From a virus (taxonomy: Duplodnaviria > Caudoviricetes), in the IMG/VR virus record IMGVR_UViG_3300047288_000084, positions 1-41,364 of that record: a stretch of DNA of 41,364 nt. One strand, written 5' to 3'. The notes under the pieces were generated by a model that did no database searches, had not been told where the DNA came from, and saw only the letters and a list, made by a program, of their open reading frames with translations. Of the stretch, positions 19,682 through 28,744 are shown piece by piece. A program made the position numbers and the translations under genes. Each line of letters begins with the position of its first letter. The stretch's first letter is position 1.

Positions 19682-19876
19682 TTACGAACGTCCCTGTCGC
19701 CGGTAGGATGAACACCACTCGTCGAATCGAGTCGAGTCACCAGAAAGACCGCAGCGTCCATACTCCACTTTTCGGAACCAGTTGACACACATTGCGCAGA
19801 ACTGATTGCCAATACTCTCGGGTTCTTTCTGCGTTCGTTCTTTAGCTGCATTAATCTTGAATGCGTTGAATGCCAT
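19682..19876 (-). CDS. Small four-cysteine protein
   Basis: AAGGAG RBS; C-x2-C-x11-C-x12-C. Confidence 0.7.
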   Translation of the reverse strand: MAFNAFKINAAKERTQKEPESIGNQFCAMCVNWFRKVEYGRCGLSGDSTRFDEWCSSYRRQGRS

Positions 19877-19899
19877 GAGTGTAACTCCTTGGGCAACAA

Positions 19900-20064
19900 T
19901 TACTTCTTCGAGTCTTTCCAGAATTTACAGCTTTCATCATACTTCATAATCATACTGTCTAGAGCACACGCCCTTGAATTAGATTTGATTGGTGCATCAA
20001 TCATCTCCCACAGATTCTTCCACCAGAATTTACAGGTCGCACAGCACTGAACTACATTATTCAA
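19900..20064 (-). CDS. Small four-cysteine protein (54 aa; below ORF-track cutoff)
   Basis: AGGAG RBS then TTG; CATCKFW...ACALDSMIMKYDESCKFW, same Cys spacing as its neighbour. Confidence 0.6.
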   Translation of the reverse strand: MNNVVQCCATCKFWWKNLWEMIDAPIKSNSRACALDSMIMKYDESCKFWKDSKK

Positions 20065-20109
20065 TATCGGTACTCCTAGAATTAGATGTTTACTACCAAG
20101 CTGTTGAGA

Positions 20110-20340
20110 TCATAGTCCACTATCTTCTCCTTCTACAGAGTTGCCGCCACTAGAATTACCATAGTCGAAAGTGTCAACATCAAAAAGATCGTCGTCATCC
20201 CAAGCCTCAGCCTCCTTAGGTTGGGATTTTCTTTTTCTGTCGACTCGTCTCTGTCTATATTTTGATGAATGAAGGTCATGCGCGATACGGTTCCTTTTCA
20301 TTCTGCGACGTCTACGATCTTTTTCTTCGGGGCTAGTCAC
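20110..20340 (-). CDS. Small basic/acidic hypothetical protein
   Basis: RNRIAHDLHSSKYRQR basic motif; overlaps the upstream stop. Confidence 0.6.
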   Translation of the reverse strand: MTSPEEKDRRRRRMKRNRIAHDLHSSKYRQRRVDRKRKSQPKEAEAWDDDDLFDVDTFDYGNSSGGNSVEGEDSGL

Positions 20341-20480
20341 TTCTCTAGAAACTCCGGCAATTTAAGACCACCATATTCAACTAGGATTTCGATAGCTTCT
20401 TCCTCTGTCATATCTCCGTACTCTAGAATTTCTTCGAAAGACATGACGTCTAGCAGTTCACGTATATCAACTTTTGCCAT
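20337..20480 (-). CDS. Small acidic hypothetical protein (47 aa)
   Basis: MAKVDIRELLDVMSFEEILEYGDMTEEEAIEILVEYGGLKLPEFLEK fills the gap and overlaps both neighbours. Confidence 0.6.
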   Translation of the reverse strand: MAKVDIRELLDVMSFEEILEYGDMTEEEAIEILVEYGGLKLPEFLEK

Positions 20481-21234
20481 ACGCATCCTGCAAAGCTTTC
20501 ATTGAAATCATCTGAAGATCGTAGTTGCCTTCGTTTGCGTCTCGTAGAAGGCAGACTCCTCTCCACCAGTGCTCTCCTCCCAATCCTGCATAGGAAGGAA
20601 CCCCATCGACGAAACATCCACTAACGAGTCCGTGGATTTTTCTACCGTCAGCTCTAGTTCTGACAGAATAGTCCAGAGTATGCGAGTGCCCAACGACGCA
20701 AGAAGTAAATTGCTTAGCAAGAAGAGAATAAGCGTGATGTTGTCCGCTAATAGGCCTGCCACTGTTGCCGCTAACGATAAAATGAGCGAAGCAAATCCCG
20801 TCGATAGTAATAGAGCCAGGAGTTGCGCCGACGTAGTAGACGATGTCGTTGTACCAATGTTCAAGCTCCAAGTCCTTGTAAGTGATTGTACCTTCTAGCT
20901 CTGGTTGAAGGTTGACTGCTCTACTAATTCGTTGTTCGTGATTGCCGATTAGCGTTACTCGGCGAGGCAACTTCTTCTTCGACTTCTTTACGCGAGACCA
21001 CATCCTGTCCTGGAAGTCAGCATGAGCTTCGATGTCTTTCGCGTATGACTTACCTACGAAGGCTTTAGTTCCCTTGTCGTAAGAAGAAAGAGACGGCATG
21101 TCTGCCGTATCTCCCATGACAACAACAACGTCGGGCCGAATGTCCGTTATAAGATTAGACAGATACTCAGCCCTGACGTTGCTGCTGCCAGGTGTGGCAT
21201 GGGGATCGGGAATTACCAAGATACTGTTACTCAT
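20467..21234 (-). CDS. Calcineurin-like metallophosphoesterase
   Basis: IPDPH, MGDxxD, IGNHE, FAH and GHSH motifs; likely start MSNSILVIPD at 21234. Confidence 0.9.
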   Translation of the reverse strand: MSNSILVIPDPHATPGSSNVRAEYLSNLITDIRPDVVVVMGDTADMPSLSSYDKGTKAFVGKSYAKDIEAHADFQDRMWSRVKKSKKKLPRRVTLIGNHEQRISRAVNLQPELEGTITYKDLELEHWYNDIVYYVGATPGSITIDGICFAHFIVSGNSGRPISGQHHAYSLLAKQFTSCVVGHSHTLDYSVRTRADGRKIHGLVSGCFVDGVPSYAGLGGEHWWRGVCLLRDANEGNYDLQMISMKALQDAYGKS

Positions 21235-21622
21235 CGAACCACTCCGTAGGGGCAGTGTCGATAGCAGCCGGAATTCCGTACCTCTCACACCACCTTAAAT
21301 TACGTCTGTTCTTCTGTAGTCCTTTTGGACCGTTACCACTACTGCCGAAGATCATTCTTATGTCTAGTGCAGGATGCTGTTGCTTAACAGCAGCCATCTT
21401 TCTTTTGTCTTCTGGTCGGAAGTGACCCTTAACCTCGACGAAGAATGTTTTACCAGACTTCAAAGTGATTTCAAAATCAGGGATGTACTCGTGTTTCGTG
21501 ACGTAAGGAATCTTCACCGACTCAAAACTTACGCGAAGACCCTTACGTCGAGGAAACGTACTCTTTACTGCTACTTCCAACTCAGACCGATACTTACCAA
21601 CTCTCTTACTTCTGTATCTCAT
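21227..21622 (-). CDS. Endonuclease I (T7 gp3-like Holliday junction resolvase)
   Basis: YRSELE, FES.KIPY, YIPDF and VEVKG motifs. Confidence 0.9.
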   Translation of the reverse strand: MRYRSKRVGKYRSELEVAVKSTFPRRKGLRVSFESVKIPYVTKHEYIPDFEITLKSGKTFFVEVKGHFRPEDKRKMAAVKQQHPALDIRMIFGSSGNGPKGLQKNRRNLRWCERYGIPAAIDTAPTEWFDE

Positions 21623-21658
21623 CTGGTCCTTTAGAACGGCAAACGCAGTTGCCTCTCT

Positions 21659-22534
21659 TTATACTTCCTGAACAACTCGAGGCTTCGGGTCTTTAACGAT
21701 GCGAGTAAACCAGCGAGGACCATTCGAAAAGAGAATCTTGATAAGACCTCGACCATCGTTCGTATCAGACCAACAATCTTCCTTGAAGTCGCAGTAGCGA
21801 CAGTTAAGACAGAGGGCTTCGTTACCGGAAACTCCATCTGGTACTGGAGCGTATCCTCTCTTCGGAAGAACTTCTTTATTCGCGACAGCACTAATTTTCT
21901 CCGCTGCAATTGCTTCGTAGTTCTTATCGCTGATGCGGTAAGAGTCGAGAGCAATATGCCCCAGCTCTTGGTCTACAGCGATGAAGGCTGCCGTCTTCTT
22001 CACAGTAACCTGCTCATCGTCAGCGGCAGCAAGAGTGTAGAGAGAAATCTGATCGAGGTAGTTGAACGGATCGTTAGACTGAAGTTCGTGCTTCTTGAAC
22101 TTCTCGAACGACCGACTATTAGCCGACTTAACGTCGACTGTCACCCCATCAACAACAGCGTCTCGCGATCCTTCTACCCCTGCGTACTTCATCTTAGTCT
22201 GTTCGCCGACTACTTTGTGACCAGCAGCCTTGGCAAAGCCAAGAACTAAGGCTTCGATGATGTGACCGTAGAGAAACTTCAACCTAGTATGAGGAGGTAG
22301 TGCCTCCGCTTTCTCTGGAAAGTGTTCCCTGTACCAGAGCTTACGAAGGCACTTCTCGCCGAAGGAAGACATCGAGATTCCGCGACGCTTAGTCGGTTCC
22401 CGTGCCAACTGAGTCTTCAACGTCTCAGTGATGGTGTCACCAATCTCCTGAGCTTGTTCCTCAGTCAGAGGAGTCTTAGACTGAAGAAGGTCATAGATGT
22501 CGGGAACTAACGTAGTAATCTGCTTGTCTGTCAT
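21659..22534 (-). CDS. Cas4-like PD-(D/E)XK exonuclease
   Basis: SMSSFGEKCxRKLWY, GSRD...VDVKS, Q-x3-Y and C-terminal CRYCDFKEDCW (Fe-S-type Cys). Confidence 0.85.
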   Translation of the reverse strand: MTDKQITTLVPDIYDLLQSKTPLTEEQAQEIGDTITETLKTQLAREPTKRRGISMSSFGEKCLRKLWYREHFPEKAEALPPHTRLKFLYGHIIEALVLGFAKAAGHKVVGEQTKMKYAGVEGSRDAVVDGVTVDVKSANSRSFEKFKKHELQSNDPFNYLDQISLYTLAAADDEQVTVKKTAAFIAVDQELGHIALDSYRISDKNYEAIAAEKISAVANKEVLPKRGYAPVPDGVSGNEALCLNCRYCDFKEDCWSDTNDGRGLIKILFSNGPRWFTRIVKDPKPRVVQEV

Positions 22535-22557
22535 TCTGTCTTCCCGACTAAGCTAGA

Positions 22558-22983
22558 TTAGAACGGAACGAAGTCGTCAACAGGAGCCATGACAGTAGGA
22601 CCGCCAGTTCCCTCTGCGTCTACTCGAACAGACTCGAGTCGGTGACCCTTACCTGCCTTAGTATCGTAGACTTCGACCTTCACGGTAACATTGTCGCCAG
22701 GATTAACAGGGACAGTGCGGGCAGTTCCATCGCTATTGAAAACCTGAGGAGGACTCATGTCGACTGGCTTGCCTTTAACCATTCCGACCGTGTTACGACG
22801 GAAACCGACAGAGCCTTCCTTCACCTTCAGGCCAAGACCACTCTCCTGAAAGAGAGATCGAGAAGGTTGGTCGAGCTTTACGTTGATCTTCCACGAAAGC
22901 TTCGACGGATCGTAGTTAGTCGTCGGCTCAATGAGCTTCGGATACTCCGCTACGCCGGAGAAGTAATACATCTTTGACGCCAT
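22558..22983 (-). CDS. ssb: Single-stranded DNA-binding protein (T7 gp2.5-like)
   Basis: OB-fold-like sequence, RLESVRV motif, acidic C-terminal DDFVPF. Confidence 0.75.
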   Translation of the reverse strand: MASKMYYFSGVAEYPKLIEPTTNYDPSKLSWKINVKLDQPSRSLFQESGLGLKVKEGSVGFRRNTVGMVKGKPVDMSPPQVFNSDGTARTVPVNPGDNVTVKVEVYDTKAGKGHRLESVRVDAEGTGGPTVMAPVDDFVPF

Positions 22984-22985
22984 AA

Positions 22986-23249
22986 TCAGTTCACCTGTGC
23001 AGGGGCTTCAGCCGTAATGTTTTCGATCAGATCAGCCGGAGGCTCTGTAGAAATACTCTCGATAATCAGCTCGCTAACATCGTCGCCTAGAGTTGCTCGA
23101 AGCACCGCCTCAGCCTCTTCGGGGTTATTAGCAGCGACATGCACATAACCAGCCTGAGGGACGTTGGCGATAAACGTAACGAGCAACCAGTAGGACTTAG
23201 TTGTTTCTGTATTGGTCAATACTTCATTCCTTTTCTTAGGAGTACGCAA
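22986..23249 (-). CDS. Hypothetical protein
   Basis: ORF between a promoter and ssb; the true start is probably ~23219 (TTG after AAGGA). Confidence 0.6.
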   Translation of the reverse strand: MRTPKKRNEVLTNTETTKSYWLLVTFIANVPQAGYVHVAANNPEEAEAVLRATLGDDVSELIIESISTEPPADLIENITAEAPAQVN

Positions 23250-23269
23250 ATCACTTCTTTACTTTTCAC

Positions 23270-23298
23270 ACTGTATCATACGAAAATGGTTTTGTCAA
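23270..23298 (-). promoter_or_regulatory. Sigma70-type promoter upstream of ssb/nuclease genes
   Basis: Minus strand TTGACA-17 bp-TACAGT with TGn extended -10. Confidence 0.7.
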
Positions 23299-23359
23299 GT
23301 ATTATTTTCGCATTCCCGAAAGAAAATTCTCAGTCAGGTCTGCCCACCACTCTTCGTCG

Positions 23360-23846
23360 TCAGTGTGTTTCGTACCAGTTCTTTCCAAATCTTGTCTCTC
23401 CTGCTAGTGGGCACTGAAGATTAAACATTTCGCCCACTGCTTCGATTGCTTTACATTGCAGTTCTCCTAGTTGCTTAGCTTCTTTTTCTCCGCCAAGCAC
23501 TTCAGTCTGCCACTCATCGTGGACAAAGTTTACTTGCCTGAAAACCAGACCAGCTTCCTTAGCCCACTGTTGCCACAGTACATTAGCATACTTCATGATG
23601 CAAGCTTCCCCTGTTTGGAGGTAGCCAGCCATCATAAGGTGAGCAGAGTCACAGACTACGAGTCTTCCGTCGAAACCCTGGAAGAATCCTCGGTCGGCAT
23701 CTTTCGGAATTTGCTTAGATCGCAAGACTGCAAGTCCTGGGTAAGCTTCAACAAAAGTTTTCTTTGCCTTTCGACCCAGGCGAGGTCCTCCTCCAAGGAT
23801 TTCTCCGAGCTTTGCGTCTCCCGCTCCAAGGAGAAAAGCATATATG
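23360..23846 (-). CDS. Family A DNA polymerase, exon 2
   Basis: Resumes motif B (F)IYAFLLGAG, in frame with ORF 23360..23725, which carries GYLQ and VHDE (motif C). Confidence 0.93.
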
Positions 23847-24209
23847 CACGTTGTTCAACTAGGTTCGCAAGGCCTAGCCCGTTCTCTTATGAACTGCTAC
23901 ATATTACTATGCAGGTCAGACTATATCATCACTGTATTTCTACAGGTCCACCGCTTCCACCACCATTAGCTTGTGGCGTACTCTCTTTCGAGATAGTCGT
24001 TGCTCTTTCTCGGTACTCTTCTATGTATTTAATTGCTTTATACATCACACTAGTATCTTCTTTAAAAAGACCTAGTGCTCTATTACAATTGTGGCATAGA
24101 AGTTTTCTAGCAGGCTTTTCTAGAAAACATTTTGTACCGAGCTTAGATCAGGATTGTCCATGTTTAATGGAGGTTCCCTGAATTCAATGGATTTATAGAC
24201 ATCCGATTA
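23847..24209 (-). mobile_element. Group I intron (IA2-like, 363 nt) in DNA polymerase motif B
   Basis: P1 GACAUU/GAUGUC with U-G at the 5' splice site; P (UGAAUUCAGGGAA), Q (AAUCCUGAUC), R (GCAACGACUA) and S (AUGAUAUAGUC) elements; terminal G at 23847. Splicing restores AKTF-IYAFLLG. Confidence 0.93.
23929..24130 (-). pseudogene. Remnant of endonuclease VII-type homing endonuclease within the intron
   Basis: RKLLCHNCNRALGLFKED...AIKY fragment in the loop closed by CTCGGTAC/GTACCGAG; out of frame with the ATG at 24130. Confidence 0.8.
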
Positions 24210-25606
24210 AATGTCTTCGCAGTGTCTCTTGAACAGCCAAGGATAGCTGCGTTAAGAGAGTGTGCGTCTGTACCATCCTTTGAACTTCCTGAGATGAGGG
24301 CCTTAGTGAAGACAGGCTCGTTAATGTAATGGGCGAAGATTCGTAGCTGAATGCCCGACGCATCTGTGCCGACGAGAGTGTAACCAGGGCTTGCAAGCCA
24401 CAGTGATCGCATCTGGCTGCCGAGCTTGATCGCTGTTTCTTGAAGGTCAGGTGCCTTGTACTTAATAGACTTCGCAGTAGCAATATTCCCCATGTTAGGG
24501 GAATTATGAGACATGCGATGGGTCCAAGTACCGATACCGTTGAAGCGTCCATGAATCCGGCCATCCTTCTCGTCCACACAGGCCAGCCATTCGTTGAGTG
24601 TACGCCACCTACCAGCTAGAAGAAGCCAGCGTACAAGCTCCTGTGTGGCTTCTGGAGCGTCTTCAGGAAGGGTAGATAGGTTCTGTTCGTTGACCTTCCA
24701 TCCGTGGATTAGAAACTTCTTCAGCTTCTCTTCGTCATTGGATTTCTCTGCCTCGATATGACCCTTAGTTTTGTCCGTCGGTTTCCAGCCAGCATCGTAG
24801 AGTCTTTCCGTAACCTGAGACGGAGACCCCGGGTTAAAAGGTACCCACTCGACAAGAGAAAAAGGAGCATCCGCAGAAAGACTAGAGAGGTCCAGCCAGT
24901 CCCTAGGTAGGTTTGATTTGGCGATTGTTCCATACTTCGTCAACCTCGGTGTGATTTCTCTGATGAGCCTTGACTTCGGAGGAAAAGCTAGATGAAGCTT
25001 GTCTTCGATCTTCTTAATCTCTTCAGCCAACTCATCACGTAACTTCTTCGCAGATTCTACGTCGAAGAGAAACCCATTGTCTGTCATCTCTTCTGCGATG
25101 ACAGCAATCTTATGTTCTACTTCAATCGCCTTCTTGAACTCAGGTCTATCAAGCTTCTTCATCAGAAATTTGTAGACCTTAACGTTGAGTTCTACGTCAC
25201 GGCGGCACCTCTGAAGAATCTCTGGCGAGAAGACAGAGAAGTCTAGGTCTGTGTGAAGTTTAGGAAAGTGAAGGCGGTCACCCCATGCCTCCAAAGAGTG
25301 ACCATCTTCCATCGAAGACTTCAACAGCTTAGAGAGAACGTATGTGTCTACGATCTCTTTCTCGGCGATGTCTACATGAAGAAGATCGCGAAGGCAACGC
25401 CGATCAAAACCGAGAAGGTTATGACCAATGTAGGTAGAAACAGAGTTGTGAAAGTGTCGAAATTCTTCTTCACTTGATGGTCGATCAAAGATGTATTCCT
25501 TCTGTGTGTCGATGTCTACAGCTACGATACACCAAACCTTAGTGTAGTCGTGCAAACCATTTGCTTCTACGTCCAGTACAACACGCAATATTACATTAGC
25601 CTCCAA
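24210..25606 (-). CDS. Family A DNA polymerase, exon 1 (3'-5' exonuclease plus motif A)
   Basis: VLDVE, GHNxxxFD, GTWTHRMSH, GTDASGIQLR and RDTAKTF; probable start TTG at 25588 after GGAGG. Confidence 0.93.
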
Positions 25607-26274
25607 AATGTGCGATCAACACCGAGATATTCGCAGGCTCTCGAGAAAGGACGCGATCCTAGAAAAGACTGAGAAGGATGTTCATTGACAAAAGAATACC
25701 GAACACCAGGAGAATAGCTTGAAATGACGCAATGACTTTCTCTGTTCCAGATAGCTGGGATGAATCTCTGCGCTTCGGCCCCCCACAGCATCCATACAAT
25801 GCCTTCCCTTTCATACGACAATTTAGACACGATTTCATATGCCAACATCTCCCATCCAATATTTGCGTGACTCTTAGGTTGACCCTTAATTACGGTCGGT
25901 CTGATGTTATGTAGTAGAACCCCGTTCTCGGCCCATGGTGAGAATGTGCGTAGATAGGGAGGTTTAAAACCGAGATCATCACAATACTCGCGAACGATAT
26001 TACGGTAAGCAGGAGAAATAGAACGCTTGCCAGGAGTTTCATCAAATGCTAATCCTGTTGCTCGGCCGTCTGCATACGGCTCACTTCCTAACACGACGAC
26101 TCTAACCTTTTCAGGTGGAGTCAACTCAAAGTCTCTGAAGATTCTGCTGGCAGGTGGGTAGACGTCTCTCAGGTCACCCAGTTTCTTTCGCGTAGACGCC
26201 CACTTAGCTGTGCGAAAGAACTTCAACTGCCCCCAGTCATTCTTAGGTCTGCGTAGAGTTCCCAAGTCAAACAC
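25591..26274 (-). CDS. ung: Uracil-DNA glycosylase family 1 homologue with divergent active site
   Basis: VYPP, VRVVVLGSEPY, ATGLAF, WAENGVLLHN, WMLWG and GSRPFS match the UNG fold. Confidence 0.85.
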   Translation of the reverse strand: MFDLGTLRRPKNDWGQLKFFRTAKWASTRKKLGDLRDVYPPASRIFRDFELTPPEKVRVVVLGSEPYADGRATGLAFDETPGKRSISPAYRNIVREYCDDLGFKPPYLRTFSPWAENGVLLHNIRPTVIKGQPKSHANIGWEMLAYEIVSKLSYEREGIVWMLWGAEAQRFIPAIWNRESHCVISSYSPGVRYSFVNEHPSQSFLGSRPFSRACEYLGVDRTFWRLM

Positions 26275-28744
26275 CAGGATCGAAGTCTGTTACCGTTGGT
26301 TCTTCGACTAGTTCTGCTAGTGTGAATGAAGCGGGATCGAAGTTAAGAACACCGGCTGGGCCAGATAGACCTGCAAAGCGGTTACCTCGAACAGTAAGGT
26401 GTGTCTTATTTCGCTCTTCATACGACGCTGCTTCGATGTCTCGATCCAACGAGATGATTAGGTCAGCAATTTTCGAGATGTTACGACTGCCTCGTGTCTT
26501 ACCATCATCGTTGACGTGACTGACCATGAACAGAGTGAAGTCTAGTTCTCGGGTCATCATAGCTAGACGTGTCGAAATGAAGTCCAGCTTCTTCCTCTCG
26601 TCGTCGTCTTCGAAGCCAGTGACGAGCATCGTAATGTGGTCGAGGAAGATAAACTTACAATGACAGACAGACACCAGATAGCGTATAATGTCCAGAATGG
26701 TGTTAGGGTCATCACTACCGAAGTGAGAGTAGAAATGAAGTCGCCCCTCACGTTTGGTAATAGACTTGTAAGCATTCACCTGATCCTCTACCGAGAGACC
26801 AGAGTCCGGTAGGTGGGCAGGAACGCCCAGCTCATAGCCGATAAGACCCTGGACTGACCGCTTCTCTTCCTCTTCTAGATGAATGATACCGATGTTGAAG
26901 TCGGTGTCTTTTAGAAGATGGTATTCAATGGCTCGCATAACTTCAGTGTTGTGAGTAAGAGTCCAACCTTCTCCTGCTGCAAATAGATGTTCATCATGGT
27001 CGACAGTCAAGCATCTACCTTCAAGATTTCCGATAGGCTCGATCGAACGAATAGCCTTCCACTTAGCCTTTCGATATCTAAACCTGTAGGCGGTCTTACA
27101 TTCGACAAGACTACCGTTAATATCTTTATACTTCCCCACTCTAGGTGCGGATTCAGTAACGATGTAGCCTAGGCTGCGGGCTAACTCTACTACTTGATCG
27201 AAGAGAATCTTATTGCTAGAGTAGAACTCATTCTGTTGTTTACCGTTATTACCAGCCCATCCATCGAAACAAAGACCTTTGAACAACTCCTCTCGTTGCT
27301 TCTTAGAAGCACGAAGATAGTCAAGAGGAATGTGCTTATTACGGTATAGGTCATGCTTCTTCAAGATAGAAGTTTTTAGTGCCATAGGTCTTATGGTATA
27401 GCAGTCATTCCCAGTCTTCTTAAGATACCCAAACTCAAACATAGACATCTTATCTAGTTTCTTTTTAGAAACGGTTATGTAAGTATTCGAACTTTGACCA
27501 TCTGCCAACCAAATACCTAAGAGATAGGGATCGATAGGCAGGTCTTTCTCGGGTAGTTCAACTGCTTCGATATTAGGCACGACGTACTTTGCCTTAGAAC
27601 CTTTAGCAATGATTCCACCTTCAGTGTTATACAACTGCTCGGTATTAAGAATAAGGATGTTATTATTCAAGTCACGAACAGTCCAACGATGGTTATCTCC
27701 AGCCTCTAGGAAAGTTTTGTCTGAGAAGGTTACCTTATAGTAAGGCCTAGTGTGGACTGGTGTTACGTAGGTAACCTTACAGATAGTACCATCTGCCGCA
27801 AATAGATCATCGCCTTCTTTTAGAGCACCTATAGTAGTCCATCCAGTAGGTGTAGGAAGAGGGGTGTTTGTTCGCAAAACCTTCCCCACCTTCTCTTGCG
27901 CGAGAAGAAGAATGACCTCACCCTGACGAATTCCATATGTCATTCCCTGAAGAGTGACAAACGGATAGGAGGCGATAGACACGCCAGACTCTTCGCGAAG
28001 AAGAGCTTCGATAGAGTTGTAGTCTGCGATCACACCCTTTGGCATATAGGGCTTGGCGTTCCACCAGATACGTTTGAACTCTTCCTGCTGTCCAGCAGTC
28101 AGATATTCATTCGCATCCTTGTACCTGTCTAGCTTAACGTGAACGACCTTATTCACGTCGAACAGTTGGGATACATCTTTTACTGCACGCTGTCCAGGTT
28201 CGTCATTATCGAAACAGATGTAGATTTTCTCGAAGGAATTCAAATAGTCTCTAGCCTTCTCGCAGTCCTTTCGTGCGGAAGAAGCTGAGCGAACGGAGAC
28301 AGCCGGGTACTTTGACCCTAGCATTTGGAAGACAGACATTGCGTCCATCTCACCTTCGGTAATGGTCACTGCCTTAGCAGAGCCAGCAGAGAATACGTTC
28401 TGCCCGAACAAGGAACAGTCATTCATTGGTCCGATAGAGAAGAAGTTCTTCTGGTCGAACCGACGTTCCTTCGATGCTGCCTCACCATTTGAAGATAGGT
28501 AAGGAAAGGAAACCGAGACAGGTTTCCCATCGCTATCTACCTTAAACAGCACACCGTAGTTCATAAACGTTTCTTTACTGACACCACGCCAGGGAAAGAC
28601 CTGAGTAGTAAACTGTTCGTTATTCAAATAAGTTACATCCTCTAGGCTACGCCATTTTTGGCATGCAAAACAGAACGAATGGTCTTCGTAGATAGACAAA
28701 GCATCTGAAGACCCACAATCATTACAGGGCTGGTGAGTCTTTAT
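26267..28744 (-). CDS. T7 gp4-like primase-helicase (intein-containing)
   Basis: Zn ribbon HQPCNDCGSSDAL...CFAC, TOPRIM EGEMD/CFDND, Walker A AQEKVGK/T, FLDHI and VSH. The frame extends upstream of the 28699 call to an ATA at 28744. Confidence 0.92.
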   Translation of the reverse strand: MKTHQPCNDCGSSDALSIYEDHSFCFACQKWRSLEDVTYLNNEQFTTQVFPWRGVSKETFMNYGVLFKVDSDGKPVSVSFPYLSSNGEAASKERRFDQKNFFSIGPMNDCSLFGQNVFSAGSAKAVTITEGEMDAMSVFQMLGSKYPAVSVRSASSARKDCEKARDYLNSFEKIYICFDNDEPGQRAVKDVSQLFDVNKVVHVKLDRYKDANEYLTAGQQEEFKRIWWNAKPYMPKGVIADYNSIEALLREESGVSIASYPFVTLQGMTYGIRQGEVILLLAQEKVGKVLRTNTPLPTPTGWTTIGALKEGDDLFAADGTICKVTYVTPVHTRPYYKVTFSDKTFLEAGDNHRWTVRDLNNNILILNTEQLYNTEGGIIAKGSKAKYVVPNIEAVELPEKDLPIDPYLLGIWLADGQSSNTYITVSKKKLDKMSMFEFGYLKKTGNDCYTIRPMALKTSILKKHDLYRNKHIPLDYLRASKKQREELFKGLCFDGWAGNNGKQQNEFYSSNKILFDQVVELARSLGYIVTESAPRVGKYKDINGSLVECKTAYRFRYRKAKWKAIRSIEPIGNLEGRCLTVDHDEHLFAAGEGWTLTHNTEVMRAIEYHLLKDTDFNIGIIHLEEEEKRSVQGLIGYELGVPAHLPDSGLSVEDQVNAYKSITKREGRLHFYSHFGSDDPNTILDIIRYLVSVCHCKFIFLDHITMLVTGFEDDDERKKLDFISTRLAMMTRELDFTLFMVSHVNDDGKTRGSRNISKIADLIISLDRDIEAASYEERNKTHLTVRGNRFAGLSGPAGVLNFDPASFTLAELVEEPTVTDFDPGV
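26948..27880 (-). mobile_element. Intein (311 aa, class 3 WCT-type) with LAGLIDADG-like domain in helicase Walker A
   Basis: Block A VLRTNTPLPTPTGW, block B AGDNHRW, block C DPYLLGIWLADG, block F RCLTVD, block G LTHN/T; inserted between K and T of GKT. Confidence 0.93.

Noticed and set aside
21659-22534. Cas4-like gene as evidence of a CRISPR system
   Set aside because: Stand-alone Cas4-like exonucleases are ordinary in phage replication modules, and no array is present.
23360-25606. DNA polymerase as a frameshifted pseudogene or two-subunit enzyme
   Set aside because: Fully explained by a group I intron with recognisable splice sites.
1735-28700. Apparent abundance of CTAG in late/replication genes versus the early arm
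   Set aside because: Impression only, not counted, and probably a by-product of CTA/GCT codon preference.
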